DNA of 10,051 nucleotides from a virus (taxonomy: Duplodnaviria; Heunggongvirae; Uroviricota; Caudoviricetes). A program made the translations under genes and the position numbers. Shown here piece by piece: positions 1 through 8,398 of the stretch (the first letter of the stretch is position 1; each line of letters starts with the position of its first letter). Location: IMG/VR virus record IMGVR_UViG_2531839235_000014. One strand, 5' to 3'. The notes under the pieces were generated by a model. It was not told the DNA's origin. It was given only the letters and a program-made list of their open reading frames with translations, and did no database searches.

Positions 1-102
1 TGGCTCGCTTTATATCTCTGGTACCCATCAAAAATACTGGAATACTTCGGATTCAGATACCTGGTATCAGGTGGGGTATACCAGCAGCTGGGTTGGCATC
101 AG

Positions 103-642
103 TTATTCACTCTCATTTTCGTGAAAAATACTGAAAGCGCGAAACAACATCCACTCCACCAGTGGGTTAACATAAGCCTCTTCCAGTGGAACTGGCGTAT
201 CATCGTCCTGCGTCAGAACATACACTGCCTCCGGTATCCGGCTTACCACTGCATCAATACTTATCTCTTTGTCAGGAGTAGGAAACAGCCAGAATACGCG
301 CGGGGACAGGTCGTTGCTGATAAAACATTCAGGAATACCCTTCATTGTGGGCCACTCAGGATACTGCGCATCCAGCACCTCCCGGGATAATGGTCTGACT
401 GCACTACCGTCACTGAGGCATATCACGTCAAGAAGTTGTATTACACCATCGGGCAAAACCTGACGGGCGCCAGGAACACAACTTATTGTTTCCAGGCTTG
501 CGCCAGCATCCGGTCTCGCCAGAATCACTGCCCTCACAGCATCATTGTAATAATCGCACAATTCCTGCAGGGGCCAGCGAACCATCATCGGGTCAACCAG
601 TTGTGTATTCACACGTCCGATGATTTCTGTAATCGTCGTCAT
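103..642 (-). CDS. Hypothetical phage morphogenesis protein (179 aa), likely a head-completion or connector protein
   Basis: Complete ORF with ATG at 642 and TAA stop at 103-105. Its ATG overlaps the TGA of the upstream ORF by one base (TGATG), suggesting translational coupling. Same strand and operon as the head genes. No recognisable motif; function inferred from position only. Confidence 0.55.
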
Positions 643-1205
643 CAGAAAAACCTCTGCCTGCGTACAGGGTTGCGGTATGAAGAGTACGGGCTTGTCGCCA
701 GTGTATGACGATATGCCCGACGGATCCCCTCAGAAAACTGCACAGAAAAATACTGTGCGCGTAACGGATCTGACCATGAAACACCAGTCTGCATGAACAA
801 CCGCTCAAGTGCCCCCGCAGCCACTTCTTCAGGCCATGTGAGGAGTTCATCCGGTATCTGGCTGCGTCCGGCTTTCGGAGCGACGGCATAAAGCACGCTC
901 ACCTCACCGGGAGAACAGGCAAATCGCAGGGAGCGTCCGGAGCTGATATCCACATCCCGACCGACAAAAAGCTCATGATTATCGTCAGAGATACGGATGA
1001 TATGAACGCACTCCTCATCATCTTTGTCATACGGAAGCACGATTTCTTTTCCTGCTACTGGTACAACAGTAACCTCCCGACGGCACACCAACGACTGGCG
1101 GCTGAATGCCACGGCAGCCATTGACAGAGCATCCGTCATCATAATGTTCAGTGGACCGCTGATATGACGACGGACATACGGTAAAAAATCACTCAGTTCC
1201 GCCAT
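642..1205 (-). CDS. Hypothetical phage morphogenesis protein (about 188 aa)
   Basis: The six-frame ORF 642..1313 is trimmed to the internal ATG at 1205 (MAELSDF...), which has a GGAG about 9 nt upstream. The longer start at 1313 would overlap the preceding gene by about 125 nt. Stop overlaps the next start (TGATG). Function unknown. Confidence 0.5.
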   Translation of the reverse strand: MAELSDFLPYVRRHISGPLNIMMTDALSMAAVAFSRQSLVCRREVTVVPVAGKEIVLPYDKDDEECVHIIRISDDNHELFVGRDVDISSGRSLRFACSPGEVSVLYAVAPKAGRSQIPDELLTWPEEVAAGALERLFMQTGVSWSDPLRAQYFSVQFSEGIRRAYRHTLATSPYSSYRNPVRRQRFF

Positions 1206-1650
1206 GCTGTTCAGTCTCCGCAACACGACGGCGAAATGCCTCACGCACCCGGATACGGAATGCCTCAGCCGTTTCTTTCGGGTCTTTGTGAATATCCAGC
1301 TCTTCTGCCTCACACAGCGTCGCCAGCCGTGCTGAGGTGAGCTTACTTAAATCCACCTCCTGCCCGTTAACAGAAACAACAAAACTGTTCTCCGCTTCTG
1401 CCAGCGCAGCAAGCACTCTTTCCTGCGCCTGCTGTGCCTGCCGCAACTGCTCATTCTGTTGTTGCTTTTTCAGAACATCATCAAGCTCTTCATGACGAAC
1501 CCAGACATCCGGAAACCCCAGCAGTTGCCAGGCCATCGCGCTGTCAACATGCACCGGCTCAAGACGTGGGAACAGCGTGCGACTTCCGGTAATGGTGTCC
1601 TTTTTCACGGGTTTTGGGCCGATATAGACAACGGCAATTTTCTCACTCAT
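1189..1650 (-). CDS. Hypothetical phage morphogenesis protein (about 153 aa) with a Q-rich predicted helical segment
   Basis: The six-frame ORF 1189..1677 is trimmed to the ATG at 1650 (MSEKIAVV...), preceded by GGGGAA. The ATG at 1677 lies inside the loop of the upstream terminator hairpin, so it is an unlikely start. Function unknown. Confidence 0.5.
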   Translation of the reverse strand: MSEKIAVVYIGPKPVKKDTITGSRTLFPRLEPVHVDSAMAWQLLGFPDVWVRHEELDDVLKKQQQNEQLRQAQQAQERVLAALAEAENSFVVSVNGQEVDLSKLTSARLATLCEAEELDIHKDPKETAEAFRIRVREAFRRRVAETEQHGGTE

Positions 1651-1664
1651 ATAATTCCCCGGAT

Positions 1665-1686
1665 AAAAAGCCCGCATGACGCGGGC
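1665..1686 (-). terminator. Intrinsic (rho-independent) terminator, minus-strand orientation
   Basis: On the minus strand: GCCCGC-gucau-GCGGGC stem-loop (1670-1686) followed by UUUUUAUCC (1665-1669). It lies between the 129 aa ORF stop (1700) and the next start (1650). Confidence 0.65.
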
Positions 1687-1699
1687 CGGAAGGTTTTAA

Positions 1700-2089
1700 T
1701 CAGTATCCCACCACGGTATAACGCAGCAGAACATTCAGGGTGCCGGTTGCAGCGGCAGTCTTAATGGTGACAGTAACCAGCTCCCCGTCACGCTGTGTGG
1801 TGTACGGCTCCACTGGCACATATCTGGCAAATTTTGCAGAAACAGCTTCGCTGTTATCGATGAGAGCATGCTCACCGGACTTAATGCTGACGGTTGCAGT
1901 ACCCAGACCACCCGTTGAAACCAGTTGGAGTGAGTTGATACGGATGCCCACTGGCAGTGAGAGAAGATGAATAACACTGTCCGCTTCCGCAGCATTCACC
2001 GTAAATACGCCTTCTGCCACCGACTCATTACCGTGCGTACCCGTATAGACCCGTTCACTCAGTGACGGGGCAAGGATAGTCTTTGCCAT
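1700..2089 (-). CDS. Small hypothetical virion protein (129 aa), possibly a capsid-associated or decoration protein
   Basis: Complete ORF with ATG at 2089 and AGGAG about 9 nt upstream. Located immediately downstream of the major capsid gene and bracketed by two intrinsic terminators. Composition is Thr/Val/Gly-rich, suggesting a beta-rich protein. The function is a guess from context. Confidence 0.55.
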   Translation of the reverse strand: MAKTILAPSLSERVYTGTHGNESVAEGVFTVNAAEADSVIHLLSLPVGIRINSLQLVSTGGLGTATVSIKSGEHALIDNSEAVSAKFARYVPVEPYTTQRDGELVTVTIKTAAATGTLNVLLRYTVVGY

Positions 2090-2104
2090 AATTAATGACT
2101 CCTG

Positions 2105-2127
2105 AAAAAGCCGGGCGAAAACCCGGC
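2105..2127 (-). terminator. Intrinsic terminator, minus-strand orientation, directly after the major capsid gene
   Basis: On the minus strand: GCCGGG-uuuucg-CCCGGC (2110-2127) followed by UUUUU (2105-2109), then the AGGAG ribosome-binding site of the next gene. Confidence 0.7.
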
Positions 2128-2144
2128 ATAGGGAAAGGAAAAAA

Positions 2145-3359
2145 TCAGAGCTTCACTGCTGTATCAACGGCAATCACGCCGTGATCCTGCATCTTGCCGC
2201 TCTTCTCGGGGAAACGGATTTTTTTCAGACCGTTGATCCAGCTGATTGCTATCTCAGTACGGTTATCCATATCCGTTTTCTTCTCAACCATGTTGAAGTG
2301 ACCGCCCGCCTTCTGACCGTAAGCATTTGCCAGCGCCTGAGCCCCCAGTAACATGGCGCGGTCAATATTGGTTGCAGCAGCGACCTCTTTCGTGGTTGCC
2401 GTCAGGTTATTCTCTGATACCAGAACCTTTGACCCCTGATAGAAACGGATCGGCATACCCGCATACTTACGAACCAGGATATTGCGCCACATCGCACATT
2501 CACCTTTGAACAGCGGATGATTAAAACCTTTTGCACGGTTCACGGCACGAACCATCATCTGGTTCCAGTCCTTACCGGACGTCGAGGTGTACCAGTCATT
2601 CCACTGACGCGGCGTGACGTACAGGACGTAATATGGATCTTCTCCGTGAAGTTCATCACCGGACAGACGAACCGGCTGTAACGGATGCGCCATTTCGTCA
2701 ATGAACAGGGAGAGATTGTCCACCAGGCCAATAGAAAAAATATCTGCCGCTTCAATCTGCTCAAAGCTTGTCGCATCACCGCCAAAAAAGTGACGGTCAT
2801 GTGTCGGAGGCAGTACATCGTTGATCATGATTTTTTTGAATTCAGGGTGCTCCGCTGTCGGCAGAATAGTGTCGTCAGCAACAAAATCACCACGAGCTCC
2901 AGCAAGATGCACTATCGCACACTGGTCCTGCAGGTCATTAAAGTACGTCCCCAGAAGCGTTCTGGCTGAGGATGCCAGGTTAAACTTCGTGCGCTGCTGA
3001 CTCATACGTCCGCCTGCATCCACCAGGTGACGTCCCTGATTGATTTTCAGGGAGAAGTCAGCATGGCTGAGATCCTCACCACGACCTTCAACACGCTCAT
3101 CTCCCATCGTCGGACGTTTTGAGAGTTTGTGCATGATGCTGAAGGTCACTTCATCACCGGCCTGTTTGTTAAGGTCTGTGATACGGACAACCGGCGCACC
3201 CGCGCTGGTCTGCTTCGTGCTTTTCTTGTCCGGCGAAACCGCTTTTGGCGCTTCCTGCTGTTCAGTGAGGATATTTACCATCGAGCGGTTGCGGTTGGCA
3301 GCGGTAAAAAGCGCCACCTGATACAGCTTATTCGCCTGGGCTGATGTTACAGTCGTCAT
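2145..3359 (-). CDS. Major capsid (coat) protein, 404 aa
   Basis: Complete ORF with ATG at 3359 and GGAGAA ribosome-binding site. It is the large ORF that follows the scaffolding-like gene in the order terS-terL-portal-scaffold-capsid, and is itself followed by a strong terminator, as expected for a highly expressed coat gene. Assigned by synteny and size; no search was run. Confidence 0.7.
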   Translation of the reverse strand: MTTVTSAQANKLYQVALFTAANRNRSMVNILTEQQEAPKAVSPDKKSTKQTSAGAPVVRITDLNKQAGDEVTFSIMHKLSKRPTMGDERVEGRGEDLSHADFSLKINQGRHLVDAGGRMSQQRTKFNLASSARTLLGTYFNDLQDQCAIVHLAGARGDFVADDTILPTAEHPEFKKIMINDVLPPTHDRHFFGGDATSFEQIEAADIFSIGLVDNLSLFIDEMAHPLQPVRLSGDELHGEDPYYVLYVTPRQWNDWYTSTSGKDWNQMMVRAVNRAKGFNHPLFKGECAMWRNILVRKYAGMPIRFYQGSKVLVSENNLTATTKEVAAATNIDRAMLLGAQALANAYGQKAGGHFNMVEKKTDMDNRTEIAISWINGLKKIRFPEKSGKMQDHGVIAVDTAVKL

Positions 3360-3382
3360 TACTTCAGTTCTCCTTCAGTAAG

Positions 3383-4390
3383 TTACCCGAGCTTCTCCAG
3401 AAGCGCGTCTATTTCAGCATTCGTCATACCGCGCATAATCGCCTCTGCCTCTGAATGAGAAGCGCCAAGTAACCGTTCAAAATTATCACCGGTTCCGACG
3501 GAAGCCGTGGTGCCTAAATCTGACGGGGAAGCAGGTACTGCCTGCTCCTGTTCAGCGGTCTTCACTTTCTCTTCCGCCGTTTTCCGGATATCCGTTTTGT
3601 CTGCCTTGTTGTCAGCAGACGACTCACTGACTTCACCGAAAGCAACCTGCGTACGACGGGCCACTTCAGCGAAACGTTCAGTGAGCGTTTTGTCTTTCCA
3701 TGCGGGGTCATTCTGGAGCTTCCCGTCGATGGATACAGCAACCGAGAAGCGATCTGGATCGGACTCCTGCCACGTTTTCAGCACCGGCACGGCATTCATC
3801 GCATCAAGAACCGGTGATAAATCCTCACCACCATTACCTTCTGCCTGCTGTGCTGATTGCTGAACACGGGACTGGAGATAGTTATTTTTACGGATGAGCG
3901 AAGCCACCGCGTCACCAATTTCCGGATACATCTCCCTGATACGGGCAATCTGCTCATCAGAAATTTTTTCGTTTTCCGGTAACGGTGTGGGCTTCATACC
4001 GGCCTGGTGGATCTGAGACGTCAGCAGTTCCACCCTGCGTTTTTCTTCAGCTATCTGCCCACGAAGAAGTGCGGCTTCCTGTTCGGCCCGTTGCTTACCG
4101 GAACGTTCAGCCTCAAGGACTTCATAGGGAATGACGTGTTTACCGTCGCGGGTGAGCACCCCCTTCGCTTCCGGCTCCTTCACGTCCTGCGTCTGCTCCA
4201 CACTGGCATCCGGCGTCGGTGCCACATTGTTATCGCCCGTCTGAGTCTGTGCTTCCTCATCCGCATGTTTTTCCGTGGTATCTTCCGTCACGACGTCCTG
4301 TGCGTGACTGTCAATATCCACATCCCCAAGTCCTTCCAGCATTTTTTCCAGTTGTTCCGGGGTTTCTTCACCCGTAAATTCAAAATCCAT
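3383..4390 (-). CDS. Putative scaffolding protein, 335 aa, highly acidic
   Basis: Complete ORF with ATG at 4390 and GGAG 7 nt upstream. Very acidic, Glu/Asp/Gln/Ala-rich low-complexity sequence with predicted long helices, located between the portal and major capsid genes, which is the canonical scaffold position. A prohead protease is not excluded, but no protease motif is evident. Confidence 0.5.
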   Translation of the reverse strand: MDFEFTGEETPEQLEKMLEGLGDVDIDSHAQDVVTEDTTEKHADEEAQTQTGDNNVAPTPDASVEQTQDVKEPEAKGVLTRDGKHVIPYEVLEAERSGKQRAEQEAALLRGQIAEEKRRVELLTSQIHQAGMKPTPLPENEKISDEQIARIREMYPEIGDAVASLIRKNNYLQSRVQQSAQQAEGNGGEDLSPVLDAMNAVPVLKTWQESDPDRFSVAVSIDGKLQNDPAWKDKTLTERFAEVARRTQVAFGEVSESSADNKADKTDIRKTAEEKVKTAEQEQAVPASPSDLGTTASVGTGDNFERLLGASHSEAEAIMRGMTNAEIDALLEKLG

Positions 4391-4500
4391 AAATAACTCC
4401 GCATGGTCTGTTTATCGGACAGATCCGAATGGTTGAGTAAATAAGGCTTATCGCTGCCCCCGCGAATAAGCGCACCGCTCCCGGAACGCTTACCTCCGGA

Positions 4501-4527
4501 AACAAAAAACCCCGTACGATGACGGGG
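4501..4527 (-). terminator. Intrinsic terminator, minus-strand orientation, between the portal and scaffold genes
   Basis: On the minus strand: CCCCGU-caucgu-ACGGGG (4510-4527) followed by UUUUUUGUUU (4501-4509). It lies 20 nt downstream of the portal stop. Confidence 0.7.
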
Positions 4528-4547
4528 TTCAGTTGAAGCCAGAGTTT

Positions 4548-6692
4548 TCAGAGCGACATTTCATTCATCCGCTGTTGTAACGTATACAGCATCTGTTGCT
4601 GAAGAACGTCCTGCTCCTGTTCCATATTCTGTACGCCGGTAATGATTTCTGCCGTATGTGCCTGGTTAAGCGCATCCACATAACGCTGCCCCTGTGTCAG
4701 GGCGACTTCCCGCTGTGCACTGGCATTATCCCGTTGTGCAGCTGCATGTGCCCTGGCGGCGTCAGCTTCCAGTTTTGCCACTCTGCCAGCCATCTCGCGC
4801 ATCTGGAGTTCTGCCTGTTGTTGCTGAAGTGCCTGTTGTTGTGCCGCTACTTCCTGTTCTTCCGGCGTCATTTCATCCGGTGATTTTGGCGTCCCCAGCG
4901 CAGCACGAATACGCTCAACAAACTCCTGTTTCTGCGGCACATCCAGAAGATTAACCCACAGGTCGAGCACAACAGCCTGCACCTGAGGCGGCAGCCCCTG
5001 AATAACCTCTGACATTCTCTGTGCAAGCTGTGCCTTAAACGCCGGTGTCTGCTGAACAGGCGCCAGCGCAATATGTGTATTTAACCTTGAAATATCATTG
5101 GTCAGTTCACCATTATCACCTTCAGCATTGAGGACAATGGTCTGGCGACGCTGGCGATCATCGCGATTAATCACCACTGCATGATTACGGCGTTTTTTCA
5201 GGTCATCGAGAAGATAAGCCAGCAACAGTCTTCCCACCTGCTGGCAGGCAAACTGGTAGTTATCGTTGATTTCCGCAAGGGTTGTGGCCCCCTGCTCCAC
5301 CAGGTTACTGATAGCCACGCCTGACGTCGCACCTGAATCCTGCCCGAGAAATGCGGAATACACTCCCATGGTATCCTGGATAAGTTTTTCCGATTCCTGC
5401 ATGACCTGAAACTGCTGGCTGGCAACCTGAAAATCCTGCTCAACCCGAAAAACATCTGCGACACTTTTCTGATTTTTTCGGACCGGATTCAGTTTAATAA
5501 TGCCATCCGGACGTTCGAGCTGCTCCATCAGGTCGTTGTCTGACAACTGGGTGGCATCCTCGTCCATAATCACACGTTTGGCCTGAAGCAACCAGGTCAG
5601 CTTGATACGACGAAAATTCACCTCATCCTGTGCCGGAATGGCGCGGGAAATTAGCCCGTATGGCTCCCCGGTTTTATCCTTTCGGTATCCCCAGAAAGGA
5701 ACCAGCGGAAACATCCCCTGCGGAGCACTACAGGGGCGATCCACAATAAAGTGCGGCCCGACAAACCAGGCTTCACGAATACGGCTTACCCGCCCGACTT
5801 TCACCTGAACCCGCCCGGATGCCACAGCTACCGCCTGCATCAGATTATTTTTATCAAAGGCCACCACCCGTCCATTACTGAGTTCAATCACCGGAAGACG
5901 CTCGAATGTACGGTAATAAACCACCTGAAGCAGCACACGACGGCGTTCACGCTGAAGCCATTCGTTCTGCTGTCGATCCCATGACTGATACTCTTCCCAT
6001 GCACTCATCAACGGACTGGGCTGGCCTTCAGTAACCGTGGTATCGACAAAACCACGCCAGTCATCAATGGCATAATCGATAACCTGAGCCATTCCCGGGA
6101 ATGTAGCTTTTGCCTCATCGGTATCCATCCAGCGGCGACGCATCAGCCAGCGGCAGTCACTTAAATCAGCCTCCCGGCTCAGCCAGTCCCAGAAAACCTC
6201 ATTCCGGCTGACAGTAGACACCTTAAATTCAGGCCCGAACGGATCACTGTTTCGTCTGACCTCCACCCAACTGAGGCCCGCCTTGATTTGTTCCGCATAG
6301 GCATCGGAGCGGGCCTTATTCATGTTGCCAAGACGGCACGCATCAGCAAACTCCGCATTAATGGCCTCTGCCAGTTTCTCTGTTTCATCGTTCGGATCGT
6401 CTGACATCACTATCAGGTCCGTTCTTGTTTTTGCCTCCATTCCCAGTACACCATCTACCGTGGGGGCAATGAGGTTATGGATGGTCATGGGCTGACCGCG
6501 ATCTTTCAGTACCTGGATAACTTCCGGTGCCAGCTGGTCGCCATCATAATACGCACAGGCCTTGTTTGCGGCATCACGCCAGAGAGGCTGACTGTCAATA
6601 TCAGAACAGAGAGACAGTAACTGACGCTGAGAAAAACGCGGCGTGGATCCATGATCGTTTTTCATCGCTGTGGTGTTAATTTCATTTTTCAT
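4548..6692 (-). CDS. Portal protein, 714 aa, with a C-terminal Q/A-rich helical extension
   Basis: Complete ORF immediately downstream of the large terminase; its ATG overlaps the terminase TGA (TGATG). Size of about 700 aa and a C-terminal ~100 aa low-complexity helical tail (QQQALQQQQAELQ...) are reminiscent of P22-type portals with a C-terminal barrel. Assigned by synteny and architecture. A second in-frame ATG lies 9 codons downstream. Confidence 0.7.
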   Translation of the reverse strand: MKNEINTTAMKNDHGSTPRFSQRQLLSLCSDIDSQPLWRDAANKACAYYDGDQLAPEVIQVLKDRGQPMTIHNLIAPTVDGVLGMEAKTRTDLIVMSDDPNDETEKLAEAINAEFADACRLGNMNKARSDAYAEQIKAGLSWVEVRRNSDPFGPEFKVSTVSRNEVFWDWLSREADLSDCRWLMRRRWMDTDEAKATFPGMAQVIDYAIDDWRGFVDTTVTEGQPSPLMSAWEEYQSWDRQQNEWLQRERRRVLLQVVYYRTFERLPVIELSNGRVVAFDKNNLMQAVAVASGRVQVKVGRVSRIREAWFVGPHFIVDRPCSAPQGMFPLVPFWGYRKDKTGEPYGLISRAIPAQDEVNFRRIKLTWLLQAKRVIMDEDATQLSDNDLMEQLERPDGIIKLNPVRKNQKSVADVFRVEQDFQVASQQFQVMQESEKLIQDTMGVYSAFLGQDSGATSGVAISNLVEQGATTLAEINDNYQFACQQVGRLLLAYLLDDLKKRRNHAVVINRDDRQRRQTIVLNAEGDNGELTNDISRLNTHIALAPVQQTPAFKAQLAQRMSEVIQGLPPQVQAVVLDLWVNLLDVPQKQEFVERIRAALGTPKSPDEMTPEEQEVAAQQQALQQQQAELQMREMAGRVAKLEADAARAHAAAQRDNASAQREVALTQGQRYVDALNQAHTAEIITGVQNMEQEQDVLQQQMLYTLQQRMNEMSL

Positions 6693-8398
6693 CAGTGTGC
6701 CATCCAGTGTGTGGTTCTGCGTTTATCCGTTTTCTGTTTTACCCTCACCGGCATTCTGGCGCGCATCTCCTGGGCAATCATGTAGCTCATGAGCTGATCA
6801 TCAAAGCAGCCTTCCTGTGCATTCATGGAGCCTTTCGCGTCATAAACGTAGGTGTTCATTTCCGATAATGTGCCTGACCAGCGGATCCCTGATATTCCAT
6901 TATTCAGAAGCGTTTTCATTCCTTCGGTCAGAACAGGTTTGCTCTGACGGGTTGTCAGCCAGCCAAGGCGGGGCGTATCGTCGTCATATGCCTGGTCAAG
7001 ATGCTGTTCGTTGTAGATATAACGTGTCGGATAGAGTTCCCGGAGTTTCAGGATAACTGCATGTCCGTGATTATTACGCTCCGGCCCCACAAACGCGTTG
7101 TTATACATACGACAGACCTGCGAAATGAGATGAGCAAAAAGTTCAGCATCGAGATGCCCGAACCAGTGAGCCACCTGCTCGCCATTACTGCGTTTGACAA
7201 CATCCAGCGATGAGCGGTCTCCGTGCTCCAGCCCTTCGGCAGTATCTGCCCCACAAACATACTCTTCATCCGGATCCGGCAGTTCCCATACCAGCAGATA
7301 ATTCATCAGCGTCCGCTGCAACTCGTTTTTATTTCCTTCACGCAGAGACTGAGCTTTAGTCTTCGCTCCTGTAACAGGTTCAATGTCATAAACAATCATC
7401 GGTGGCGAACAGAATGATTCTGCCTGCAACGTACTTTCGGCACTGAACACACGTCGTCCGGACGTCAGAAACGCCTCCTGTGGCGTTGAGGGAAACTCCT
7501 GCTTCATTTCCTCACGCTGTTCAGTTTCCTTATTGATGTACCACTGCTTCTGTTCATCAGTAAGCGTGATGTTCATTGCCTTCTCAACCGCAGAAAAATA
7601 CGTCATTTTTTCCCGTGACAGCTTCAGCCCGCTTTCCGGCACTCTGGCGCTGTATTTAGGATCCTGCCACCAGGCGTAAAAATGGAATTTATAATCCTGT
7701 GCCGTCAGCAATAAGCCTGATGCAGTGATCTCCTGTGCTCGGTTACTCATCTCGTAAAAATCACCACCCACGCCTTCAGCAGTGGACTCATCAAAAATAA
7801 TGCATTCATCAGAGACGGCATTAAGCGTACCGGTTCGCAGTTCTTTCGCCTTAGCCGGATATTTCGCGCAAATTTTGCCGTGCTCTGAGATATGCAGGCG
7901 CTGCACCGTACCTGAACGGAATGAGGTTGCCACCTGGATACTCGAGCCGTGACCAAACAGGATATAGCCACCGCTGGCACCGCTACGACGTTCAACGATG
8001 GTGAATGAGGCTCTCAGCCAGTCAGGGAGATGATCAAACGGTACAGCAATTTTTGTGCGGAAAATTTCACTGGCAGCCTGTTTATCCTGAGCGACGATCC
8101 CGCATTTGAGATGCGGAATGAATAATGCCTGGTCGAGAAGATAAATATCAATGGCTGTGGAAAATCCCAGCTGGCGCGCTTTCAGGATAATATTTTTATT
8201 GTGCATGCTCCGGAACAACTGGCGCTGCGCCGGTCGCATTCTGAAGGTGACCAGTTCACCTTTTTCGTTCTGTATTTTGTAGAGATGATTGAGCCGCCAC
8301 CAGGGATTGCTCAGTTTAGTCATGATGAACAGACGTTGTTCAGCCTCGGTCATTTCTGACGGCTCATCACATCGCGGTTCATTCTTCCGGAATGTCAT
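6692..8398 (-). CDS. terL: Terminase large subunit, 568 aa
   Basis: N-terminal deviant Walker A-like motif KARQLGFST, a Walker B-like IIFDEST, and a C-terminal acidic nuclease-like region (VCGADTAEG...). GGGGAG ribosome-binding site 6 nt upstream of the ATG at 8398. Sits between the small terminase and portal genes. Confidence 0.88.
   Translation of the reverse strand: MTFRKNEPRCDEPSEMTEAEQRLFIMTKLSNPWWRLNHLYKIQNEKGELVTFRMRPAQRQLFRSMHNKNIILKARQLGFSTAIDIYLLDQALFIPHLKCGIVAQDKQAASEIFRTKIAVPFDHLPDWLRASFTIVERRSGASGGYILFGHGSSIQVATSFRSGTVQRLHISEHGKICAKYPAKAKELRTGTLNAVSDECIIFDESTAEGVGGDFYEMSNRAQEITASGLLLTAQDYKFHFYAWWQDPKYSARVPESGLKLSREKMTYFSAVEKAMNITLTDEQKQWYINKETEQREEMKQEFPSTPQEAFLTSGRRVFSAESTLQAESFCSPPMIVYDIEPVTGAKTKAQSLREGNKNELQRTLMNYLLVWELPDPDEEYVCGADTAEGLEHGDRSSLDVVKRSNGEQVAHWFGHLDAELFAHLISQVCRMYNNAFVGPERNNHGHAVILKLRELYPTRYIYNEQHLDQAYDDDTPRLGWLTTRQSKPVLTEGMKTLLNNGISGIRWSGTLSEMNTYVYDAKGSMNAQEGCFDDQLMSYMIAQEMRARMPVRVKQKTDKRRTTHWMAH

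Noticed and set aside
1-102. Possible start of a further minus-strand gene (ATG at 28 or TTG at 31) and an inverted repeat at 61-84 (CTGGTAT...ATACCAG)
   Set aside because: No ribosome-binding site precedes the candidate start, and the ORF runs off the window after about 9 codons. The inverted repeat has no U-tract, so it is not a convincing terminator. Too little sequence to call.
593-7995. Minus-strand alternative-frame ORFs (593..889, 1735..1995, 2555..2818, 4868..5071, 5198..5464, 7048..7269, 7747..7995, 8837..9040)
   Set aside because: They overlap the better-supported frames of the structural genes on the same strand and show no start signals. There is no evidence for overlapping genes apart from the known Rz/Rz1 case.
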